A DNA stretch of 59,653 nt, taken from Candidatus Beckwithbacteria bacterium CG10_big_fil_rev_8_21_14_0_10_34_10 (GTDB lineage: Bacteria; Patescibacteriota; Microgenomatia; UBA1400). The stretch covers positions 1 to 59,653 of the forward strand of contig PEZT01000012.1 in the NCBI GenBank assembly GCA_002773945.1. The letters run 5' to 3'. A program made the position numbers and the translations under genes. The notes beneath the pieces were generated by a model that searched no databases, was not told the DNA's origin, and saw only the letters and a list, made by a program, of their open reading frames with translations. Positions 18,517-27,516 of the stretch are shown here, piece after piece; the first letter of the stretch is position 1, and each line of letters starts with the position of its first letter.

Positions 18517-21405
18517 ATGATTAAAGACAAAAAAATCCTAAATAAAGAACAACTAGCAGCAATTAAATATGGAAAGGGACCACTTTTAATAATTGCTGGG
18601 GCAGGTACTGGCAAGACAACGGTTATAACCGAAAGAATAAAACATTTAATTCTTTCTAAAAAGGCCAAATCCTCAGAAATATTAGCTTTAACTTTTACGG
18701 AAAAAGCCTCTTTAGAAATGGAAGAAAGAGTGGATGAAATTATGCCTTTAGGTTTTTTTCAAATGTGGATTTCTACTTTTCATTCATTTTGCGACCGGGT
18801 TTTAAGAGATGAAGCTTTACAGATTGGTCTTAATCCCGACTATATTTTGATGACTGAGGCAGAAAGCCTCCTTTTTTTAAGAAAACACTTATTTGAATTT
18901 AAACTAGACTATTTTCGGCCGGCCGGCAATCCAGAAAAGTTTTTACATGGTCTTTTAAGTCACTTTAGCCGTCTTAAAGATGAAGATATTGGTCCCCTAG
19001 ACTATCTTGTCTGGGTTAAAAAACAAAACCATAAAAAAACAAAAGATAAAGAAGAGCTTAAAAAAAATTTAGAGCCAGCCTTAGCTTTTCAAAAATATGA
19101 AGAGTTAAAAGTTAAAGAAGGAAAGATGGATTTTGCTGATTTAATTAGTAAGACTTTGGAGCTTTTAAAAAAAAGAAAAAATGTTTTGGAAAAATATCAC
19201 CAATTTTTTAAATATATTTTAGTGGATGAGTATCAGGATACTAATTTAGCTCAGAATAAATTAGTGATGCTTTTGGCGGGAAAAAAATCTAATTTGAATG
19301 TTGTGGCTGATGATGATCAATCAATTTACCGCTGGCGGGGAGCGGCCATTAGCAATGTTTTACAATTTAAAAAAGCTTATCCTCGGGCTAAACTTATTAC
19401 TCTAACTAAAAATTACCGTTCAACTCAAGAAATCCTTAATCGGGCCTATGATTTAATTCAGTTTAATAATCCTGATAGGCTAGAAGTTAAAGAAAAAATT
19501 AATAAAAAGCTAATTTCTGTAGAAAAGAAATTGGGAGATAAAATTGAATTTTTTCAAGCTAACCGGGTTGAAAATGAGGTTGAAATGGTGGCCAAGGAAA
19601 TTAAAAAGCTAGTTAAAGAAAAAAAATCTAAATTTAATTATGGTGATATTGCAGTTTTAGTTAGGGCTAATAATCATGCTGATTCTCTAGTGAGAACTTT
19701 TGTTCGTTTAAATATTCCTTTTCAGTTTTTAGGACCAGGTAAACTTTTTCGCCAAGAAGAAGTTAAGGATCTAATTGCCTATTTAAAAGTTTTATACAAT
19801 TTTGAAGATGATATTGCTTTTTTTAGAGTCCTTTCTTTGGGATATTTTTCTTTAACTGGAAGGGAAATTGCGGCCATTAGAAATAGGGCTAAAAAATATA
19901 ATCTTTCTCTTTTTGAAGCCGCTGAAAAGACAAAGGAGCTTCGATTATCTTTAAAAAGCAAGGAGAAAATAGAAAGAATTATTAAAATGATTCACCGCCA
20001 TTTAGATTTAATTTCTAAAGAAAGCGCTGGTCAGATCCTTTACTATTTTTTAGAAGAAACAGGAATTTTAAAGACAATGGTTGATTTTAAAACGGAGAAG
20101 CAAGAAAAAGAAGCTAATAACATTGCTAATTTTTTTGATAAATTAAAAACTTATGAGTCCCAACATGAAGATATTGGGATAGAAGCAGTAGTAGAGTGGC
20201 TGAATTTAAAAATGGAAATGGGAGAATCACCCTTGGCTTCAGATACTGACTGGAATAAAGAGAATAAGGTAAATATTTTGACTGTTCATAGTGCTAAGGG
20301 TTTAGAATTTCCGGTTGTCTTTTTAATTAACTTAGTTAGTCAGCGTTTTCCCACCCAAAGAAGAAGAGAACCAATTCCTATTCCTGATGAATTAGTGAAA
20401 GAAATCTTGCCTGAGGGAGATTTTCACGAACAAGAAGAAAGACGGTTGTTTTATGTAGGCATGACAAGAGCTAAAGAAAAGCTTTATTTTACGGCGGCCA
20501 AATTTTATGGCGAAGGAAAAAGAATTAAAAAAATTTCTCCTTTTGTTTTTGAAGCCTTGGGAGAAAAATTCCCAATCCTAGAACAAAAAATCCATAAAGA
20601 CCAATTGGCAATATTTGATTTCAAAAAACCCAAAGAAGAAGCAGCCTGTTTTTTCAAAACAACCCCTAACTTAGTTACTTATTTATCTTATTCCCAGCTA
20701 GAATGTTTTAAGCGTTGTCCTTTACAATATAAATTCAAATACATTGTTAAAATTCCTACCCCAGCTTTTGCGGCTGCCTCTTTTGGAACTTCAATTCACA
20801 AAACTCTAAATGATTTTTATTATGAAATATTAAAAGGTGGAAAACCCAGCCAAAAAAGGATTTTAGAAATCTTAAAGCAAACTTGGATAAAGGAGGGTTA
20901 TAGTTCAAAGAAGCATGAAGAAAAAATGAAAAACAGAGCTAAAAGATTTATTAAAGACTACTATCAAAAAGGTTTTAAGAAAGAAGATAAACCAATTGCT
21001 TTAGAGCAGAGTTTTGTGATAAAAATTACTCCTCAGTTAAAAATTGGCGGTCGGATAGATAGAGTTGATAAGCTTAAAAATGGCCAGATAGAAATTATTG
21101 ATTATAAGACCGGTAAAGTACCTTCGGAAAAAGAGATTGTTAAAGACTTTCAAATGAATTTTTATGCCTTAGGAGTAACAGATCCGGAAATGTATAATAA
21201 GCCTCCCCAGAATATTATTCTATCTTTTTACTTTTTAGAAACTCAGAAGAAAATATCATCTCAAAGAACAAAAGAGGATTTGGAAAAGAGTAAAAAAGAC
21301 ATCATTAAAAAAGTCAAAGAAATGGAAGCCTCCAAATATTTACCTAAACCAAGCTTTTTTTGTAACTTTTGTGAATACAAACTTTTGTGTTCGGCTTGGC
21401 AATAA
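18517..21405 (+). CDS. UvrD-family helicase fused to a C-terminal PD-(D/E)xK nuclease with Fe-S-type cysteines (start likely ATG 18517)
   Basis: AGAGTGKT, DEYQD, TVHSAKGLEF, EERRLFYVGMTRAK; then KRCP, GRIDRVD, IIDYKTG, CNFCEYKLLC. Confidence 0.88.
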   Translation: MIKDKKILNKEQLAAIKYGKGPLLIIAGAGTGKTTVITERIKHLILSKKAKSSEILALTFTEKASLEMEERVDEIMPLGFFQMWISTFHSFCDRVLRDEALQIGLNPDYILMTEAESLLFLRKHLFEFKLDYFRPAGNPEKFLHGLLSHFSRLKDEDIGPLDYLVWVKKQNHKKTKDKEELKKNLEPALAFQKYEELKVKEGKMDFADLISKTLELLKKRKNVLEKYHQFFKYILVDEYQDTNLAQNKLVMLLAGKKSNLNVVADDDQSIYRWRGAAISNVLQFKKAYPRAKLITLTKNYRSTQEILNRAYDLIQFNNPDRLEVKEKINKKLISVEKKLGDKIEFFQANRVENEVEMVAKEIKKLVKEKKSKFNYGDIAVLVRANNHADSLVRTFVRLNIPFQFLGPGKLFRQEEVKDLIAYLKVLYNFEDDIAFFRVLSLGYFSLTGREIAAIRNRAKKYNLSLFEAAEKTKELRLSLKSKEKIERIIKMIHRHLDLISKESAGQILYYFLEETGILKTMVDFKTEKQEKEANNIANFFDKLKTYESQHEDIGIEAVVEWLNLKMEMGESPLASDTDWNKENKVNILTVHSAKGLEFPVVFLINLVSQRFPTQRRREPIPIPDELVKEILPEGDFHEQEERRLFYVGMTRAKEKLYFTAAKFYGEGKRIKKISPFVFEALGEKFPILEQKIHKDQLAIFDFKKPKEEAACFFKTTPNLVTYLSYSQLECFKRCPLQYKFKYIVKIPTPAFAAASFGTSIHKTLNDFYYEILKGGKPSQKRILEILKQTWIKEGYSSKKHEEKMKNRAKRFIKDYYQKGFKKEDKPIALEQSFVIKITPQLKIGGRIDRVDKLKNGQIEIIDYKTGKVPSEKEIVKDFQMNFYALGVTDPEMYNKPPQNIILSFYFLETQKKISSQRTKEDLEKSKKDIIKKVKEMEASKYLPKPSFFCNFCEYKLLCSAWQ

Positions 21406-21406
21406 C

Positions 21407-22270
21407 TTAAGTAAATATGGTTGTTGCTATTGGTTTAGCTAGTTGAATTTCAATTCCTCCAAAACCCTTTTTAAATTTAGAAAATCCCTGCCAGTTTTTT
21501 TGGGCTTTGGGAAAACGCTTATCATAAATACCTTCAAAATCAAAGACTTGAAAATTTCTTTTTTTAGAAAACTTAATTGCTTCCCATAAAATATAAGGTT
21601 TGGCTAAAAGTTTTCTTCCTTTTTTAGAATTGGCTCCCCACCAGTCAAAGGCCATATTTTCAGAGAAAAGAATTAGAACCACGCTAATAATTTCTGAATT
21701 GTTTATTCCAAAGATAAAGAAACAATTATTTTTAAAACTAAGAGTAAGGTTTTTAAATTCCTTAAAACTGGGTTTAAAAAGAAAGTTATAAGGTTTGTTT
21801 TTTTTCCAAAGATTGTAAAAGCTTTTAAGTTCATTTTTGTTTATTTTTTTACCTAAAATAATTTTGGTCTTAACTTTATTTTTTTTAGCAGATCTTATAT
21901 TGGAGCGGGTTCTTTTTTCTAACTCTTTCCAAAGTTGTTTTTTTGTTTTTTTAAGATCAAGCCAGATAGTTTTAGTCGGAATTAAGGGATGAAGATCTGG
22001 TTTAACAAAATCAGTAAGTTCCTTTGGATTGGTTAAAGAAAAAATTTGAATTTTTAAAATGATAATCCGGTATTTTTTTTGAAGATTTTTTATTTTTTTT
22101 ATATTAATAGGTAGTTTAGCCCTTAAAATTTTACCAAGATAAAAAGGGGTTAAAGGAATTTTTTTAATAAAGAGCCTATTTTGCTTATCCAAAGAAATGA
22201 TTTGCCAGCCCATTTTTTCCATAAATTGACCGTAGTTTGAAGTTTGTCTAATGTCATTAAGACCCTTCAT
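21407..22270 (-). CDS. FemABX/MurM-like peptidoglycan bridge aminoacyltransferase (short)
   Basis: IWLDLKK..KQLWKELEKRTRSNIR, FDFEG, FKKGFGG. Confidence 0.75.
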   Translation of the reverse strand: MKGLNDIRQTSNYGQFMEKMGWQIISLDKQNRLFIKKIPLTPFYLGKILRAKLPINIKKIKNLQKKYRIIILKIQIFSLTNPKELTDFVKPDLHPLIPTKTIWLDLKKTKKQLWKELEKRTRSNIRSAKKNKVKTKIILGKKINKNELKSFYNLWKKNKPYNFLFKPSFKEFKNLTLSFKNNCFFIFGINNSEIISVVLILFSENMAFDWWGANSKKGRKLLAKPYILWEAIKFSKKRNFQVFDFEGIYDKRFPKAQKNWQGFSKFKKGFGGIEIQLAKPIATTIFT

Positions 22271-23268
22271 TTAAAAAGAGTGGCTTTTAGGTTTAAATAC
22301 TGCCAGCGAAAGTAATCAGCTAGCCGATAAAGTCGGTATAGGGGTTTGTTGAGAATTAGATCAAATGAACCAATAAATTCTATCAGCTTAGGATTGTAAC
22401 CTTTCTTAAAACGGTGAAACCCATACCAGGGGTTTTTAGGATTAGGATTTGGTCCTAAAGAACCCCAAAGATCAAAATAATGACAATTCATTTTTTGGCC
22501 AAAGCGAATTGCTTCCCACATCATTAAGTTTGAAGCCATAAGATCCCGATGCTCAGCTGAAGAGGCGCCGTAAGGATAGTACAGAACATTGTTAAAAACA
22601 AAAACAATCCAAGTAGCGAGAATTTTGTTTTTGAAACTGGCTTTTAAAAGATGAGCTATGCCAGAGGGTTGAAGAAACTGCCACATTAATTGGTGATATT
22701 TTTTGTCATGAGCATAAAATTTTTGTCTTTTAGTGGTTTCCAGAGTTAAATCTAAATATTCATTAAAAGCTTTTGAGGAGTTATCTTTTTCTACCTTAAC
22801 GCCTTTTTTTTGGGCTAACTTGAGGTTATATCTAGTTTTGGATTTAAAGCTTTGTAAAAGTTCTTTTTCACTTTTATTTAAGTTAATTTGAAATGTATAT
22901 AGGGTGAATATTGGTTTGCCCACAAGGCAATTATTTTTTAAAAGTAAATCTTCACCAGTAGTTGAATTAGGTTCAATTTTAATAAAAATAGCGTGATTTT
23001 TATTACCTATTTCTTTAAGAGCTTTAAAGACTTCCTTGTTGGGAAGGTGACTTTTAGGAACATAACCAATAGTTAATTTAGTTTTAGGAATTGGATGAAA
23101 CAATATTTGCCAGCCTTTTTTAAGGGTTTTTCCTTGGTACATACCAATTCTTAAAACCTGGGCTCCATTTTTTTCCTTAAATTCACCCCACTGCCAAGAT
23201 TGCAAAGGGTGGCTAACAGCTTTATTAAAAGCTTCTTTTTCATTTGGAGAAACTTTACGGATATTCAT
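22267..23268 (-). CDS. FemABX/MurM-like lipid II aminoacyltransferase (start moved to ATG 23268)
   Basis: HPLQSWQWGEFK, KSKTRYNLKLAQKKGV, YYPYGAS, FDLWG, GFHRFKKGY. Confidence 0.88.
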   Translation of the reverse strand: MNIRKVSPNEKEAFNKAVSHPLQSWQWGEFKEKNGAQVLRIGMYQGKTLKKGWQILFHPIPKTKLTIGYVPKSHLPNKEVFKALKEIGNKNHAIFIKIEPNSTTGEDLLLKNNCLVGKPIFTLYTFQINLNKSEKELLQSFKSKTRYNLKLAQKKGVKVEKDNSSKAFNEYLDLTLETTKRQKFYAHDKKYHQLMWQFLQPSGIAHLLKASFKNKILATWIVFVFNNVLYYPYGASSAEHRDLMASNLMMWEAIRFGQKMNCHYFDLWGSLGPNPNPKNPWYGFHRFKKGYNPKLIEFIGSFDLILNKPLYRLYRLADYFRWQYLNLKATLFK

Positions 23269-25084
23269 GATAAGTAAATTGTAACAAATTACTAGGAATT
23301 TCGGTAATAAAGCGAGAAACTTGGTTAGAAGAATACATTCCAAAATATAAACGTCTCTTGGCATAAGAAAGAAAAAGATTATTTTTGGCCCTGGTAATGG
23401 CCACATAAGCTAGTCTTCTTTCTTCTTCTAATTGTTCCTTATTTAAAAGGCTTTTGCTATGAGGAAACAGGCCTTCTTCCATTCCCACCATAAAAACAGT
23501 ATTAAATTCCAGTCCCTTAGCGGCATGAGCGGTCATGAAAGTAACCGCATTCTTCTTCTTTTTTTGATTTTTTTTGGTATTTTTAGGTAAATGATCTTGT
23601 TCTACCAAAGAAACATTTTCTAAAAACTCAACTAATTTAGGGAATTCTCTGGCGACAGAAGTTAGTTCTTTAATGTTTTCTAATCGAGTTAAGTCTGACT
23701 CGTTTTTAGGATCAAATTTTTCTAAATAGCGGGTGGCTTTTATAACCTTATTTAAAAGCTTAAAAGTGGAGTATTTATTAAGATTATTTTTTAAGTTAGA
23801 CTTTAACTTTAAGAATAATCTTAGTCTTCTTTTACCCAGTTTTTCGACCCTTTTGTAGCTTATTTTATCTTTTTCATTAAGTAAAAAACGTAAATAAGCT
23901 AAGCAGTCTTTTATTTCTTTTCTTTCATAAAAGCGGGTGCCACCAACTAGAATATAGGGGAGGCCAAGGTGAAGAAAAGATTCCTCTAGGACCCGGGATT
24001 GGGCATTAGTTCGATAAAGAACAGCAAAGTCAGAAAATTTGTCCTTACCTCCATTAACAAGAAGATTTTGGATTTGATTTATTATAAAAGAAACTTCATC
24101 TTTTTCCGATTGAGCTTCAAAGATTTTTATTTTTTCCCCTTTTTTATTTTTGGTCCAAAGTTTTAAAACCGGGTGACTGGTGTTATTGGAAATAAGACTG
24201 TGAGCGGCATCTAAAATTGTTTGTTTTGACCGATAATTTTGTTCAAGATTAATTGTTTTAAGTTGAGGAAAGTCATTTTCTAAGCGTAAAACATTTCTAA
24301 AGTTAGCTCCCCGCCAGCCATAGATTGATTGACTGGCATCACCCACAACAGTTAAGCTATTTGGTTTACTTAAAAGCTTGGTTAGCTCATATTGAGCCTG
24401 GTTGGTGTCTTGGTATTCATCAATTAGGATTTTTTGAAACCGATTTCTGTATTTATTTAGTATTTCTTTATTTTTCCAAAAAAGAAGAACAGTTTTAAAA
24501 ATTAAATCATCAAAATCTAACGCTTGATATTTTTTGAGTCTTTTTTGATACTCAGGATAAACTTTAGCGACTGTTTCTTGGAAATAACCTTGGCTAAAGC
24601 GGGGATATTCTTCTGGCCCAATTAGTTCATTTTTAGCGCCGGAGATGGCGTTTAAAACAGAATAGGGTTTGAAGCTTTTTTCCAAATCTAAATCTTTAAG
24701 AATTTCTTTTACTAATTCTGTTTGGTCTTTTTGGTCAAAAATAAGAAAGTTTACTGGAATTCCAAGTTCCTTACCTTCAATTCTTAAGAGTTTGGCGGTT
24801 AAGGAATGAAAAGTTCCGGCAAAAGGTAAGCGTTTTTTCTGCTGGTGAAAACTTAGTAGTTTTTCAATTCTTCCTTTCATTTCCAAAGCCGCTTTATTAG
24901 TAAAAGTGAGCAGGAGAATATTTTCCGGCTCAATTTTTTTTTCCAGAATAAAGTAAGCGGTTCGATAAGTTAAAACTCTTGTTTTACCAGAACCAGCGCC
25001 GGCTAAAATTAAAAGTGGCCCATTTAAAAAGGTGACTGCTTCTATTTGTTTCTGGTTTAAATCTTCTAAAAGAGATAAAGCCAT
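23255..25084 (-). CDS. pcrA: PcrA/UvrD ATP-dependent DNA helicase, compact form (start moved to ATG 25084)
   Basis: AGAGSGKT, TFTNKAA, DEYQD, NYRS, YRTNAQSR, TAHAAKGLEF, EERRLAYVAITRA. Confidence 0.93.
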   Translation of the reverse strand: MALSLLEDLNQKQIEAVTFLNGPLLILAGAGSGKTRVLTYRTAYFILEKKIEPENILLLTFTNKAALEMKGRIEKLLSFHQQKKRLPFAGTFHSLTAKLLRIEGKELGIPVNFLIFDQKDQTELVKEILKDLDLEKSFKPYSVLNAISGAKNELIGPEEYPRFSQGYFQETVAKVYPEYQKRLKKYQALDFDDLIFKTVLLFWKNKEILNKYRNRFQKILIDEYQDTNQAQYELTKLLSKPNSLTVVGDASQSIYGWRGANFRNVLRLENDFPQLKTINLEQNYRSKQTILDAAHSLISNNTSHPVLKLWTKNKKGEKIKIFEAQSEKDEVSFIINQIQNLLVNGGKDKFSDFAVLYRTNAQSRVLEESFLHLGLPYILVGGTRFYERKEIKDCLAYLRFLLNEKDKISYKRVEKLGKRRLRLFLKLKSNLKNNLNKYSTFKLLNKVIKATRYLEKFDPKNESDLTRLENIKELTSVAREFPKLVEFLENVSLVEQDHLPKNTKKNQKKKKNAVTFMTAHAAKGLEFNTVFMVGMEEGLFPHSKSLLNKEQLEEERRLAYVAITRAKNNLFLSYAKRRLYFGMYSSNQVSRFITEIPSNLLQFTYHEYP

Positions 25085-25107
25085 GTTAGAATCATAACCT
25101 AGAAACA
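25085..25107. promoter_or_regulatory. 23-bp bidirectional leaderless promoter (pcrA / LCP gene)
   Basis: Minus strand TATGAT (25096-25091)-N6-ATG 25084; plus strand TAACCT (25095-25100)-N7-ATG 25108. Confidence 0.55.
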
Positions 25108-26229
25108 ATGAAACAACAAGAAAAGAAAAATGAAGAACTGAAGGTTTATTTTTTCAGGTTTAAAAAGCGATTTTTATCTTTTTTTTTCAATCTAAAAATC
25201 CGACGAGTTTTAATTTTCCTAAGTATTTTTGTTATTATTTTTAGCTTCTTTTTTTCCCAAATTACTACTTTTTTTAAAAAAACCCTTATTGGTCCTAAAA
25301 CAGCTTTTTCTTTATTAACGGCTGATACCTCATCTTTAAATTCATCTAATGGTCGAATTAACCTTTTAGTTTTGGGTATTGGAGGTGAAAATCATGAAGC
25401 GATTGATTTAACAGATACTATTATTTTTGCCTCAATTGATAAAAACTCGGCCGATACAGTCATGCTTTCTGTTCCTAGAGATATTTGGGTTGATCCTCTA
25501 AAAACTAAAGTTAATGCTGTTTACCACTATGGTGAAGAAAGAGCGCCCGGTGAAGGATTTGTTTTAGCCAAAGATGCTATTCAAAAGGTTTTAAATCAAC
25601 CAGTTAATTATGCTATTTTAATTGATTTTGAAGGTTTTATTCGCTTAATTGATCTTCTTGAAGGAATTGAGGTTAAGGTTGATCGCTCTTTTGATGATTA
25701 TAAATATCCTATTCCTGGGAAGGAAAGAGATGAGTGTGATGGAGATTGGGAATTTAACTGTCGCTATGAACATATTCATTTTGAGGCAGGCTGGCAGCAT
25801 ATGGATGGAAAAAAATCTTTAAAATTTGTTCGTTCTCGTAATGCTAAGGGTGAGGAAGGAACTGATTTTGCCCGCTCCCAAAGACAGCAAAAATTAATTC
25901 TTGCTCTGGCTCAAAGGATTTTTTCTTACAAGACTATCTTCAGTCCCAATAAAATCAAAGCATTGAAAGAAAATTTTGGCGATCATGTTAAGTTTGATAC
26001 CCAGTTAAAAGAAGACCAGATTACTGCCTTTTTATCTTTATTTATCCGCTTTGTTAAAAATAAAAATGAGATTAGAACAATATCTTTAGATACAGGTTCT
26101 AAAGATAATCCTGGATTCTTATATAATCCACCAATAGAAGAATATGATCAATGGGTTTTAGTTCCCCGACTCAATGATTGGACTGAAGTTCATAAGTATA
26201 TTAGGGAGAAAATATATAAAGGTTATTAG
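25108..26229 (+). CDS. LytR-CpsA-Psr (LCP) family glycopolymer transferase
   Basis: N-terminal TM, NLLVLG, TDTIIF, SVPRD, FVRSR, DFARSQRQQ. Confidence 0.92.
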   Translation: MKQQEKKNEELKVYFFRFKKRFLSFFFNLKIRRVLIFLSIFVIIFSFFFSQITTFFKKTLIGPKTAFSLLTADTSSLNSSNGRINLLVLGIGGENHEAIDLTDTIIFASIDKNSADTVMLSVPRDIWVDPLKTKVNAVYHYGEERAPGEGFVLAKDAIQKVLNQPVNYAILIDFEGFIRLIDLLEGIEVKVDRSFDDYKYPIPGKERDECDGDWEFNCRYEHIHFEAGWQHMDGKKSLKFVRSRNAKGEEGTDFARSQRQQKLILALAQRIFSYKTIFSPNKIKALKENFGDHVKFDTQLKEDQITAFLSLFIRFVKNKNEIRTISLDTGSKDNPGFLYNPPIEEYDQWVLVPRLNDWTEVHKYIREKIYKGY

Positions 26230-26264
26230 TCGGGTTTTTAAATTACTGCTTATAAGAAATTTCA

Positions 26265-27509
26265 ATGTTTGAGTTTAAATTAATAATTAGAAATAAGAAG
26301 TGGTTTCTTATATTTTTTTTAGTTTTGGTTTGGTATTTACAGTCAAAAATTCCCCTTTGGAGAGGTCATTTAGAAATTGATGTTTGGGACTATTATAATA
26401 CCATCAGTCTTTTTCTAAAAAACCAATCATTTGCCAGCCTCAAAGGTAATGAAATCCTGCCTGGCGGATTATTATTTTTTCTTTTTCCCTTATTGCTTTC
26501 TATTAATAATTTTACTTATTTAAATTTTTTAAATTCATTTGTTGTCCTGAACTTGATTTTATTGCTTTTGCATTTTTTAGTTTATGAAAAAAATCTTAGT
26601 TATTTTAAGTTGTTTCCTTTTCTTTTGATTCTTTTAGTTTCTGGTCCAATTTTGTTATTTCGGTTTGAGCTTTTTGTTTCTTTAATTGTTATTTTAAGCA
26701 TTTTATTTTGGCAGAAAAAAAGGTTTTTTTTGTCAGTTTTATTATTGGGTATTGCCACTACAATTAAACTTTATCCAATTTTTTTTCTCCCTTATTTTTT
26801 ATATCTGGGTTTTATTAATTTTAAAAAAGAAAAGCAATTAACTTCCACATTTTTCTTATTGGTTTACTTCTTTTTAGGTGCTTTATTACCCCTTTTTATT
26901 TTTACAGTTTTTGGTGGTAGGATAGAACAATTCATTTATAGTTTGAGTTTTCATTCAGAAAAACCTCTTAGCATTGAGAGTATTTTTGGCTCTATTTTTA
27001 TTATTTTTAATTTGGCATTAAAAGGAATGCCCCCACCTCTTTTAGGAACCCATGGCCTTTGGGGGTTAAATTGGTCAAGTGTTAAGCCTCAGTGGTTAAA
27101 TCTTGTTTCTTTGTTTCCATTAGGTTTTTTATATTTCTATATATTTTTCAAGACTAAAATAAAAAGACAATTAAGCGGATCTATTCTTTTTCTCATTATT
27201 TTATTTTCTTTAGTTTTTTCTAAAAATCTTCACCCCCAGTATTTTTTTTGGTTTATTTTTCTAATGCCTTTTATAAAAACAAAAAAAGGGAGGGAGATAG
27301 AATTTTTCAAAATATCTTTCTTGGTTTTAATTACTATTTTACTAACCCAATGTTTATACCCACTTTTATATACCCAGTTGATTGAGGGATTTTTTAAAGA
27401 TGGTCGGGGAATAGAAATATTTTATTTGTTGCTGTTAAGAAATATTTCCTTTTTAACTTTAGTTATATTTAGTTTTCATCTGATTGGGGTTAAAAAAAAC
27501 TTGGAATAA
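26265..27509 (+). CDS. GT-C glycosyltransferase, GT87/DUF2029-like
   Basis: Multi-TM, IKLYP, HPQYFFW. Confidence 0.65.
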   Translation: MFEFKLIIRNKKWFLIFFLVLVWYLQSKIPLWRGHLEIDVWDYYNTISLFLKNQSFASLKGNEILPGGLLFFLFPLLLSINNFTYLNFLNSFVVLNLILLLLHFLVYEKNLSYFKLFPFLLILLVSGPILLFRFELFVSLIVILSILFWQKKRFFLSVLLLGIATTIKLYPIFFLPYFLYLGFINFKKEKQLTSTFFLLVYFFLGALLPLFIFTVFGGRIEQFIYSLSFHSEKPLSIESIFGSIFIIFNLALKGMPPPLLGTHGLWGLNWSSVKPQWLNLVSLFPLGFLYFYIFFKTKIKRQLSGSILFLIILFSLVFSKNLHPQYFFWFIFLMPFIKTKKGREIEFFKISFLVLITILLTQCLYPLLYTQLIEGFFKDGRGIEIFYLLLLRNISFLTLVIFSFHLIGVKKNLE

Positions 27510-27516
27510 AATACTA

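Noticed and set aside
18517-21405. Cas4-like nuclease domain as a sign of a CRISPR or defence locus
   Set aside because: It is fused to a UvrD motor in a housekeeping context; no cas1/cas2 or array is present.
23269-25108. Long N-terminal extensions in the ORF track for femABX (23406) and pcrA (25108), and likewise at 6965, 7242, 18499, 27484, 30573, 41175 and 52503
   Set aside because: They overlap neighbouring genes or regulatory RNA; downstream ATGs fit the family N-termini and SD or -10 positions better.
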